A stretch of DNA of 64,000 nt, from assembly GCF_023055435.1 (NCBI RefSeq), contig NW_025964223.1, positions 27,714,001 through 27,778,000 on the forward strand. Reading direction: 5' to 3'. Made by a program: the position numbers and the translations under genes. Origin of the DNA: Haliotis rufescens. Its lineage: Eukaryota. Shown piece after piece: positions 50,511 through 61,249 of the stretch (the first letter of the stretch is position 1; each line of letters starts with the position of its first letter). The notes under the pieces were generated by a model, which saw nothing but the letters and a program-made list of their open reading frames with translations, did not search any database and was not told the DNA's origin.

Positions 50511-51609
50511 AAATAATAAAGTCCACGTTAGTCCATCTTCTTTATATCAGTTTCATACATAGTACTTTCGCTGTCTCATGACAGCTCTTCAGTGTAACTG
50601 ACAATGACATATAATGACGTCATACTTATGATGACGTCATAAATTACAACTGTGACGTCACAATGTATTTACACACTCCAGCGACGACACCAAGTAATTT
50701 AACAATTGTAGGGAGACTTTTGAATTAAATATACAGTATTTGTAAAGTAACAGTGCAACATTTACGATTGAAATGACAAATCTATTAATACATTCTAGAG
50801 TTCAACTTTGGTTTCATCAATTGGATAAACATTTGTTCTTTTTCCAGTCTCAGCTGCTTGTTACTTGTATACAATTTATAAAACGGAAAAATAGTAAATT
50901 TCCCGTTTCCGCAATCATCAATGTGTTTGCTGACACCTAAGCATCGAACATTAGGGTCTCTAATCTGCTGTTTGTGTACAGTGACTCTATCTTTTAATTC
51001 CATGCCGGTTTCACCGATGTAGTTTTCGCCGCATCCCGAACATCTCATAACATACACCACATCTTTGCTGCGGCAGTTCATGTCGGCTTTCACATTGAAA
51101 CCCTTGCCATTTGCAAAAAGGAAAGTAGTACCTTCACTTATGATGTTACACGTGCCGCATCTTGGTGTGTTACATCTACTTACACATGGTACACTCTTTG
51201 TACAAGAATATTTGGATGGACAAAGAATCTGCTTGAGATTTTTTGGTTGCCTGGTACTTTTTATAATTTTAAATTTATTCAGTCCTTGTTTCATTTTATC
51301 GCTTTGCTGTAAAATTGGGAGGTTGTCCCTTATGACTGGCATGATATCACAATTATTAGGATTGAAGGTGGACACAAACGGTATAATTTGATCGCCCACA
51401 GATTTTTCATTAGGTTTCAGGAGAGTATGTCTTGGAATTTTTAAAGACTTTTCTATTGCGTCATTTATGACGCGAAGCGGATATCCTAGCTTCCTGAGAT
51501 ACCCCATTAATTCTTTCAATCTTAAATCTCTTTTATCCGTTTCCGACACGATGGTACATACTCTCCGCGCAATTATATATTACATGTACACCGAGTGAAC
51601 ATTTACCTC

Positions 51610-51661
<52 letters not shown>

Positions 51662-54600
51662 TCACCGCCAAAAGAAACGCAAACCATAGAAACATATAGA
51701 GAACTATGCATGTCAAGAAGAGATGTTTCCAATGTGTACCACATGACCAATTAACAATCAGTCAAGTGTCACCACAGAGTGTCTTTATTCTTATCACGAC
51801 ATGCTGCACATGATTTCCAAACTTTACACGTTAATCCTGCACGAGACAAACGGTGCATCTCCAGTCATGGATCTATGACATTACAAGTGATGTGCTCATG
51901 AGCGTCGGTTCCTGCAACATAACACTAACAGTATGTTTCGTTTGTGCGACAAACCAATCTAGAATCTCTTGAATATGAGTAATTCTTCATATATTAACCA
52001 ACAAAAACTGATGATAAGCAAATATTTGGTTGTCAACCATGCTAAGTGTTACTGCTTTCATTACAGAAGTCCAAGCCGGCTGAAAGCACTGAAGTTAATG
52101 GTGAATCGAAGAAAGATGATAGCGGGAGTGGTGACAAGGAGGTGATTAGACAGGGACTGTACCTGATCTGTATGTGCCTTGTAGAGAGGCATGCCAGTAG
52201 GTTAGGTGGTTGTCAAGACAGCACTGATGTATTGACTCTATGTTCTAACCACTGGCTATTGTGATCATAACCAAATATTATGAATATGTATTTTTGTAAT
52301 TTATCCCTCCATAACAGTATGCAATATTCCTCTTTGCTTTGGAGCAGTGGGGTTGCCCAGTGGTTTAAGTGTTTAATTGTCATGCTGAAGACCCAGGTTC
52401 AATTCCCAAAATGGGTACAATGTGCAAAGCCCATTTCTGGTGTAATCTGCTGTGACATTGCAGGAATATTGCTAAGAGCGGCGTAAAACAATACTCACAC
52501 ACCCCTTCTTGCTTCGATCATATGACAGTGTAGAATAATGTAAAATTATCACAGGAACACACCCTCTGACCACCTCACTCCCAGTATGCTTCTGTACTAC
52601 TCGTCACTTTTTCTTTCATCACCTGTGGTGAATGGACGTATTGTGCTTCCATCCCACAATTATGAATGGATTGGTTTTGTCATTTGGGTTTGACTTCGAT
52701 TTATCATCCTTAGTGCATAATTATCAGGGTCCCTGTTTGTTATTTATCGATAAATATAATTAAATGGCTCCTTTTCTTCCTCACAGGCGTTCTTTCCCCA
52801 CCATTGCTCCCTGAGGCACGTGAAAGCCGGTTGCATTTTGTTTAATGTTCATGATTTTTGTCAATATTAATTCTCTTCTTCTGTTTTAGATTTTGAGAAA
52901 TTATGGACAAACTGGTCCTTTCTGTGCTCTCCTCGAAAGTTCGTGGACTGCTTTGGAAGAAATCAGCACAGGACCACCATGGTCTCCTGCACCTTTGACC
53001 AGCATTGCACTGATTGTGAACACGTATCCATGACCTTTTCAAGTTTTACCTACTTATACTACGCTAGAGGGCACACTACAGCTACCCTCTCTCATTACCA
53101 TCTTCATGCAGGCATTGGATTGGCCAGTGGAAGACATACCTTTTGAGGGACTTGCTCTCAACTTTGTATGAGACTTCGAGGACTTGACTCAATTCTTATG
53201 CTTGCTACGGGCTCCCTCCTCCTTATGTGTCGTTATGTTATATTTAGGAGGCTGGATAGCACCCATCCCTTTTGTTTGAACTCTTTTGCCAACCTTGGTC
53301 ATTTATGAAACTCTTCAACAGTAAGGTTCAGGAGGTTTATGAAAAATCTTTCTCCATTGCCTAGGCTGAAGCTACAGTTCAGACTTTGCCGATGTGTATA
53401 ACTCGCCTGGGTACCCAATACACATGGAGGATGCCCTATCAACCTAAGGCTAAACACCTACTCCAAACCTTCAATGCAGGCCACAACTTCTCAGGTTTCT
53501 AAGGCCAGATCGGCAAGGGGCCACACTCAGCCCTCCTCCTCGGGCGCTCGGTACAGGGCCACAAGACAACACTCTGGCTCCCTGCACGGCAGGCAGATAC
53601 TCCTTCCAGGGTGGGTGACTGGGATCTTCCGCCTTTGGTCTTCATTCCTTATGACTCTCCTGTCGGCAGACATCCCCATCGGTTCTGGCAAAGCTATGAC
53701 CAACTCTTTTCTCTGACCGCTGGGTCATTCAGACTCTGCTATATATCGGTACCTCGCTTACCCTTACTAGCGCAACCTCCTCTCACTGTATTGCTGCTCC
53801 AACTACCGTGCCCGAAATAACACTTGGAGCTCGTCCCCAGATACGTATTATTCACAATCTGTGTGTCTTCAACCGCAACTTCTTGGACACGCCACAATGG
53901 TTTTGGATGGTTATGCTACCGCTGCCCCGGTCTATCATTCAACCTGGCGACTTCCTGGCCTCACTCGACCTCCAGGATGCCTACCTGCATGTCTCCACTT
54001 TTCCAGCCCATCGTCAGTATCTCCATTTTAAATTGGCTGACAAGTCCTACTGTTTGTCATCTCTGCAACCCAGTTGGTTTTCACTCCTATTACCAAAAGC
54101 CTAGGGACATTCCTACACCAGCAGGGGATCCCCTTCAGCTTGTACATTGTCAATTGCCTTATGAGTGATTCCTTGTCTCGGCTGCTTCAGACAGATTGGA
54201 TTTCCGTTTCCTTCAGCAGCTTGGATGGCAGATTAATTTCAACAAGTCAGAGTTGACTCTTTCCTGGACCCTTCACTTCATCAAGTGACTATTCAAGACA
54301 CATCAAAGCCTCCTCTTTGTTTCATGGCCACGGTGGAACTTCTGGTCCAAACAGGCTTGTCATCTGGACTTGAGATACACAGTTGGCAACGCCTGGCGCA
54401 GGACTCAAAACTGCTGTGTATGCCAGCAGTTATGTCGTCTGCAGATTTTCTCCAGCTGTGGTTCGATCAAGACACACCCGACGACGTCTTATCTCTCTCC
54501 CACTACGACCCTACCTCCACTGATGGACCCTTGATTCAAATGTCTTTAACAGGATATCTTTGACCAACTTCATTCCAACTCGTCACCTATTGATGGATGC

Positions 54601-57600
54601 ATCAAAATGAAGGGTGGGGAGACTATCTTGGGAATCTCTGGGCTTCAGGACTGTGATCCACCCCATTTCTCCATTTGCACATCAACTGTTTGGAGTTTCA
54701 AGCAGTTTTATTGGCCATTCAGACATGGCAGCCGATCTTGCTGGGAACTCATGTCACAATTTATCATTACATCAATCGGTTGGGATCCACTCACTCACAG
54801 TCTCCTGGATCTCACGTTCGCATTCTACCGTCTCATAGACTACATTCTGTTGAAGGTGAGAGCTCGCCACTTCTGGGTGTTTCCAACATTCTTGCTGACA
54901 CTCTCTCTCACCCCAGTCAGTCATGGCCCCAAGGAGTGGCAATTGCCAGACACAACTGCCCTTCTACCACATCCCTGTATGCCCTGAAGTTGTTGTGTTT
55001 CCAGACTTATTGCCATTAATACGATATGGATCCTACTTTGGCGACAACTCCACTCATGACAGACTCCTTCGCTACTTCTGACAGACTGAACAGCTGTCAG
55101 GCGGCACCATTTGCCAGTCATGTTTCAGCCATATTAACTCGGTCCTTGGCACCTCCCGATCTACCTGTATCACCACCAGAGGAGGTACATCTTGGCTTAA
55201 TGTGGGACTTTATTGCCAAAAATCAATTGCCTGGTCAGTCTGATCACACCTTCACAAACACCCTGCTGACTAACATTGTAGGTTCTGGTGACACATCCGC
55301 CCTCTTTGTGAGTTACCCTGTTATATTGACGTATTGTTTTTGGCACCAACATAAACGCCTTTTCCTACCGACATTTGAGGAGGGTCGCAGGAATATCTCC
55401 AAAATATGCTGTCATTTTGGTCACGCTGCTCCACTGTTCAGGCTTACACCCATTTCAGTATGGATCCGCCTGAAGCTTCCAATCCGATGGAATTCAGGTG
55501 TTGGCTTCCATGATGGCCATCCACACCAACAGCTCCATCATACACATCGTCTAGGTTTGTTTTTGGCGTACCGATACTACTTTTGCCAACTTCTACCTCT
55601 GGGATCTGTCTGTTGAGGATATCGACAGAGTCCACCAGCTGGGTCCTCTTGTCAAGCCCAACAACCTGTTGCCCCTCCACATCGCTGTGACTTGGTGGGA
55701 ACAGGACTGCTATCAAGGACAACCATACCAGTACTCCTGCATGCTTTCTGCGGATTGACTTAACTCAGTACTAATGATACTATGTATCGTGAGGGCAACT
55801 ATGGTTTCCAATATTTCGAGTGTCTCCAGTTGCAATGTAATTTCAGACCCAGCCTTACCTGTAATCATGCATGTATTATGGGACTTGTGAAAGTTGAACA
55901 CACCCTGGGGTTGGAGACAAAGTGGCAGTCTAGTCTAGTCTGTGCTCTGACCCAACCACTAAATGGCTAATAGGGATATGCAGTTGATCCAACCAACTGC
56001 CCTACTGTGGGATAAATGCACCAACTTAACTTGTTACCTGTGTACTGGCAATCGTGGGGAAAAGTGATGAGTAGTACAGGAGCATGCTAGGAGCGTGAGC
56101 GTGTGTTCCGGTGATTGTTTTACATTGTTCTACACTGTTATATGATCGAAACCAAGAAGGAATATTGCATACTGTTGTGTCAGGATAAGTATTTATATAA
56201 GGGGAATACTCTGATTCCCAGTGTTTCATATCCAATGCATCTTATATTTTTATGCAATATTCTTTCTTGCTTCAATCGTGAAACAGCGTAGAACAAATAG
56301 AACATTCACCCCAAAACACCCTCCGATTACTTGGATTCCCTATGTTACCAGCATTTCTACCCATGAGGATCCGGGTTATGATTGATCTTCAGCAACTGAT
56401 ACTTGTAAGAGGCAACTAACGGTTGGTCAGACATGCTGACATGGTCATCATATCCCAATCGTGTAGATTGATGCTCATGATGTCAATCACTGGATTGTCT
56501 GGTCCAGACTTGATTATTTACAGACTGCCATCATATAGCTGGAATATTGATGAATGCGGCGTTAAGCAACAAACAAACAAATCTAGTACGTCTAGGCTTG
56601 TCAGCACCTGTGCACAGGGGTTCATCAAAGTGGTAATGTCTGAGACTTGCATCTCATCAGGCTTTCCTTCCAAATTTGGCTCACATAACTGGAACACTGT
56701 TCAAAGCGGCGTTAAACCCGATTCACTCACTCACTTACTCAGATGGTTCTAATGTTGATACAACAAATTATGTGTGGTGGTCCTATCAGGCTGCATCCGA
56801 GATTCCTGCTTGATACTTACCTTGTTTACCTTGCAGTCTGATGATGATGATGAGGATGAAAAGGACAAAGGCAAGCTGAAACCCAACTCTGAAAATGGAG
56901 CTGACATGGAGCATTATCGCTGGACCCAGACGCTGGAGGAAGTTGAGGTAACCACTGGTCATCCATTTATTGTTTATATTCTCAAGGTGCACAAGTGTGA
57001 GTCATCAAGAATATACTATAGAGTGTCTAATTAGGAGATTAACATACCGTATTCGACGTAATAAGCGCTCCGCTCTAATAAGCGCCCACGGCGAGATTTG
57101 CTAATATATTGGCTAGTGAACAATCCCAATTAGCTACCCTTCTGACCCCTGTTCTCATATAATACGCACCCCTTCCTTCCCCTATTCACCTATAATACGC
57201 ACTCATGTGTTATATGCACCCTTTATTATTGGCAATTAAATTCTTGAAAAATACATCTGTCGTACATAAACATTTCAGGCTGTCAGCATAAACCATGAAA
57301 TTTATCTTTCAACTTTTTCACCATAATAATATTCTAATAAGAGACCCCTATTTCTATTTTTGAGACAGCCCTAGGCGCTTCTTACGTCAAATATGGTACT
57401 GTGTTTTCATTGTAGAGCTAGGTTACCTGTAGATTTAACCTCGCTAATTTGAATTTGGAACGGAACGCGCAGCGCACACATGCATGCTCATCACATTATA
57501 AGTGAGCCCATTTCTGGTGTCCCCTGCCGTGATATTGCTGGAATATTGCTAAAATATTGCTAAAATATTGCTAAAAGCGGCGTAAAACCATACTCACTCA

Positions 57601-58819
57601 CTCACTCACTCACTCATTATAAGTGAAAAAATCTGGAATGCAACGTTAAACCCCATTTAACCTCGCCTATATATCATACAAGTACTCATCAAATCTACAA
57701 ACAAACAGTACAGTACTTACTGGTTTCAAAAATATATCTGGTACTTGTCAACTCTGATAATAATCAGTAGTATTGTACTCAAATAGTTGAAAAGTTATCT
57801 GGAGCACTGTGATAATTTTGCTACTGACCCCTGTTCCATAAAGCGATCGTAGTGCCATAACTGTCTTAAGTCTATGTAAAATAGTTACAATCACCTCAGC
57901 GCTACGATCACTTTGTGGAATGGGCCCTGCTTTGTTAATCATGTTAAATGTACATTCTACCATGACATTGAAGAATGCTTGATTCTGATTGGTTAAAGAG
58001 AGGTTTCCTTTTGCTACGGAAACCGCTTTGAAATATATTAAACCTTTACACACAAAAACCGTGCGTATGAATACATCCTTAGCCTACATATCGATTCATA
58101 AAAAAGGGCTGCCGATTTATCCCCCATAGGAACATATCAATATTTCCTCTGTTACACGCTGGGTCTCTTTCACAAGCCAGGGTGCTGTTGTACAAAGCGA
58201 TCTTAGCACTGAGGTGATCATAACTCACATACCTTAGCATAGACTTATGACAGTCATGGTGCTAAGGTTGTTTTGTATAACGGCACCCGTTAGTTGCCTT
58301 TTACGACAAGCATAGTTGTCTTTTATGGCAAGCATGGGTTGCTGAAGACCTGTTCTACCCCGGATCTTTACACATTCTCTAAAGAGACATATTTAGACAT
58401 TTGAAACCTGGTGCTAAAGCACTCGGCGCCAAATAAAAATAAGAGGTATCTTCTCTATCGGGGGACTACATCAAATTTCAAAACACAGTAGCTTTACCTC
58501 TAAATGTGAATCTGTATTTTATCATGTATGTAAGAAACTGTATCTCTTCAGAATGGTTGCATTCATCATCTTTTATACATATGATTAATTCTGCTTGATA
58601 ATGTGAGAAAACTCTGGATTTCAGATAAAGATTCCGTTTGATGTTAAGTTCAATCTCAAGGGGAAAGATTTGGTTGTAGACATTCAGAAAAAGGTAAGTT
58701 ACAAGTAATTGTTGTCAGTGTATTGATTTAATCATGTTTACAGCATGTGTACCGGTGACCTAAATAAATGCAAGTGTGTGAAATTATGAGAGACAGTAGT
58801 CTCACCACAAACTGTGTGT

Positions 58820-58878
<59 letters not shown>

Positions 58879-59655
58879 AGGTTTAGTGTTCAATTCATTC
58901 ACAACATCAAACACGATAGTCTTGTATTCAAGTATGTATCATGTACTGTATATGACAGGTAGTTATGATTAACGTGATGAAGACTTCTTTGTAATATAAG
59001 CAGTGTCATGAAAACTATTCATCAAGCTATGTTGTGTCATGTACACAAAGTCTCATTCACGTAAACATATATAGTTTGGGGTTCATATCTTCCGTATTCT
59101 TCAGTTGCATCCGTTGCCTAGTGACAGGGCACATTACCAAAATACAATCTTTATTAATATGATTACATTAGCAGCACGACCTTGCATTACCTGTATAATG
59201 TGATTGTATGTACTTGTTTGACTTTCATCAAACAGGCTGCTATAAGATGAATATATTTGCCATTTGTATAAGTGCCCCAATAGGAAAATGCCAGTTAACA
59301 ATAATCTGGACCAGTATCCTTGGTAAATGTAAGAAAAATTGTTTAGAATTCTTGTTTCTATTTAACAAGAATATTTTCTGTGGGACCAGTCATAATTTTG
59401 AATGTTACACGTGAAACAGTCAGACTGTCGTTTTCAATTATTCCATGAGGAAGACATGGCAAACATGTTCCAGAATCAACAGATTCTCAATTTCTCCACT
59501 AAGTAGTAATTATTCTGAACTGATTGCAGCACCTAAAGGCAGGCCTGAAAGGTCAGCCCCCTGTTATTGATGGAGAGTTGTACAACAGTGTCAAGATGGA
59601 GGAGTCCACCTGGGTCATCCAGGACAAGAAAGTACTGGTCATCAACATAGAGAAG
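39932..59655 (+). CDS. nudC: Nuclear migration protein NudC (3' partial); exons 39932-40003, 48988-49065, 50124-50339, 52067-52141, 56837-56947, 58625-58693, 59530-59655
   Basis: The exons encode [106 protein letters not shown] and [28 protein letters not shown]. These match the NudC N-terminal and CS (p23) domains. All introns are GT-AG, phase 0. Confidence 0.96.
40284..41034. mobile_element. Non-autonomous TIR element
   Basis: GGCACCTCAGCAAAA (40305-40319) is inverted at 41005-41019, with subterminal AAAACG(T/G)CACC repeats. Exact ends are uncertain. Confidence 0.6.
42531..42640. mobile_element. ~110-bp hairpin MITE (related copies ~57826-57927 and ~58180-58288)
   Basis: Imperfect TIR CCTGTTCCACAAAGCG(G/A)TCTTAGCACT / AGTGCTAAGATCGCTCTGTGGAACGGG. 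Confidence 0.7.
43638..45192 (+). pseudogene. DIRS gag-like ORF1, disrupted
   Basis: Starts [28 protein letters not shown]...CP and ends in a basic [14 protein letters not shown] tract. Several stops and frameshifts. Confidence 0.7.
45194..46618 (+). CDS. DIRS reverse transcriptase / RNase H (3' end deleted)
   Basis: Motifs [60 protein letters not shown] and [14 protein letters not shown]. Confidence 0.93.
   Translation: MPWADPRSHVMELPTARVHCLKPDVPVGGRLALFLQEWETVTSNPWTLSTLWDGHLPHWKHHPPPFSGIKHTQVPATREKAEFLRAEVDALLMKAAIEPVPVGQESKGFYSTYFLVPLKDGGFRPILNLRRLNKFIEVPYFRMETLRSVISAVETGEWLMTIDLKDAYLHVPIHPEFKKYLRFSFDGRGGQFRVLPFGISTAPRVFTKLMLIPAQVARSKGRFCHPYLDDWLLRALSQSLSQIATQDVIDILITLGWIVNLKKSDLSPTQNLVFLGANFNMVSGLVSLSQDRITRVRSVTSQFLLSASHTARTWLQLLGNMAATVDVVWRARLRMRPIQQALRRLWVNSEDLETVLVTPQWLNAHLQWWTEVRNLSRGLPLDTPFPSLTVQTDASLSGWGGILNDHTASGLWSQQEIKLHINVLELRAVRLVFQRFLDLLRGQVVRLDIDNQTAIFYIRKQGGPRGRWHRTPSS
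46830..47932 (+). pseudogene. DIRS tyrosine recombinase with one in-frame stop (47441-47443)
   Basis: Catalytic motifs SGRRVGDI (R), AHSVR (HxxR) and [11 protein letters not shown] (W, Y). ORFs 46709 and 47462 are in the same frame. Confidence 0.9.
49238..49720. repeat. Dispersed repeat, probable non-autonomous DNA element (second copy ~60000-60547)
   Basis: Shared blocks GGCAGTACTT...GGCTATGGAAAG and GATCTGGTAAGCGAT.CTCTGATTGGT..GATGAAAGGATGT. Confidence 0.65.
49768..50044 (+). mobile_element. SINE family 3 with widely spaced A and B boxes (copy ~21820-22042; 3' fragments ~3397-3512, ~9845-9935, ~56590-56735)
   Basis: A box TGGCCTAGTCG, B box GGTT(C/G)GAAT and (ACTC)n tail. Diverged TSD CTT(G/C)GTC(C/T)TCAG. 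Confidence 0.8.
50508..51572 (-). mobile_element. 5'-truncated Penelope-like element: GIY-YIG endonuclease ORF (50785-51549) plus pLTR
   Basis: C-x4-C-x2-C linker and [19 protein letters not shown]...RVTVHK...EKEQMFI..MKPKLN. Flanked by (TA)n runs, with a hammerhead in the 3' region. Confidence 0.9.
50547..50601 (-). ncRNA. Minimal type I hammerhead ribozyme
   Basis: The minus strand reads TCAGTTACA CTGAAGA GCTGTC ATGA GACAGC GAAA GTAC TA TGTA TGA AACTGA. It has intact CUGANGA and GAAA cores, a 6-bp stem II, a short palindromic stem III, a CUA cleavage triplet and a bulged stem I. Confidence 0.88.
51657..52000 (+). mobile_element. Possible left end of another Tc1-like element
   Basis: TATACTCACCGCCAAAAGAAACGC resembles the Tc1 TIR at 16964. 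No partner TIR or ORF was found. Confidence 0.35.
52297..56320 (+). mobile_element. Old, heavily degenerate DIRS-type element in nudC intron 4
   Basis: Remnant motifs [21 protein letters not shown] and NILADTLS. The left terminal repeat (~52297-52612, split by a SINE) is inverted at ~56056-56195 and directly repeated at ~56252-56315, an ICR-like arrangement. Confidence 0.8.
57047..57396. mobile_element. Tc2/pogo-type MITE
   Basis: Imperfect TIRs CCGTATTCGACGTAATAAGCGC / GCGCTTCTTACGTCAAATATGG flanked by TA. Confidence 0.7.
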
Positions 59656-61249
59656 GTCAGTGAATATCCAATATCCATCGTTTCATGGGGGATGCAGCCA
59701 GGAGCAGAACATGTCAACTTTTTAAGGTCACAAAATGAGATGAATGTGTTTTTTGACAAGAAAAGCAAAGTTTTTTGGGTTATGTTTTCTTTCTGATTTC
59801 TTGTGAAAACCACAGTGTCCACATGGTCACTGAGCATTTGCTGAGACTGACAGAAAGTGGTTCACTTCATTCAGATCAAGCCTGTATGTCATCATTCACA
59901 GTGATTTAGTATGTTCCAAGTTGAAATTGCATCCAACAGGACAAAAATCAATCTAATGCAATTTCATTAAAAATGATAACCCAAACTCATTGTGAAACTT
60001 TAGTTTGGTTCAACACTTTGAACTGAGACACATCCCATTAAGGGTCACGCCAGAATGACCTTTTGCTAACTTTGACCGAACAATGAAATGACTAACAAGA
60101 CTAACAATGACTAACAAGAAGTTGACAATCAGAAATCAATTTTCTCAAGCTTTACAACACCAGTTTAAAACTGGCGACTTCCATTCCAGACAATGCTTTG
60201 AATAATACTGATTCAAAATTTAAATACTGAACAAACAAAAATGATAAATAGATGGCCGAGATTGTATGGCAGTACTTTCCTCGGGCTATGGAAAGTCAGT
60301 TCCGTTTGTAATGTTTATCCCATTGAGCATATTTAAGCGAGAGATTGACATTGTTTTTAATGGAATCAGTCATACAGTCCCTTCCTGTCGTAGGTAACGA
60401 TTTCGAGGTTGCCTGATTAGAAAACACATTCAGACTGTCACTTTCCTGATCTGGTAAGCGATACTCTGATTGGTCAGATGAAAGGATGTTCTGACATGAC
60501 CCATAATTGGATGTCCTCAGGTCTTTGATAAAGGGTAGCGAGAACTAAGATTTGATTTTCATGAGATTGTATTTTGATCCTGTCACAGAGTTGTGCTCCA
60601 ATTATCAGGGGTGTCATTAAACAAGAATAAAGTGATAAAAAAAACGTGGTAATAGGTTCACAGGTTAATCATTGACAACAATTGGTACCAATAGATGACA
60701 ATGAAAGAATCCTATAAACCCAATCTGGGCTGAGACAAATTACTGATTAATTACATCAGAGCAAATATTCATGTATTACAGTAATAAAATGAGAGTAGTT
60801 AAAAGAACACTTTGTCAAGATACCGTCCAGATTACAATTAAAACCTGAGTCAATTAACTCAATGCTCTGAATGAATGAATGGGTGCTCACTTTACTCAAG
60901 AAAATACAGTACTAAGTTTAGATCAATACAACCAGAGTAAGTCAATAATAGATCAAAGGTGTCCCGTAACCATTTACTAACAAAACCTGAGTTTCGAACG
61001 TGACCACCTCGTAGCACATCGACCCATACAAATGGCCTAACGAGTCCCGGGGGCGAAAGACACAAGATCTGACAGAATACATATACACTGCTCGCAGACG
61101 TCAGATACAGTGCTGAACATAAGCTATCCAACGGTACCATTAAAGATTAACAAGCTATGTACAATTAGTGATGATGCAGAAATTAATATAAATACATGAG
61201 AACTATTAATCTTCATATATCTACATATAATTACATTAAATAATACGTT

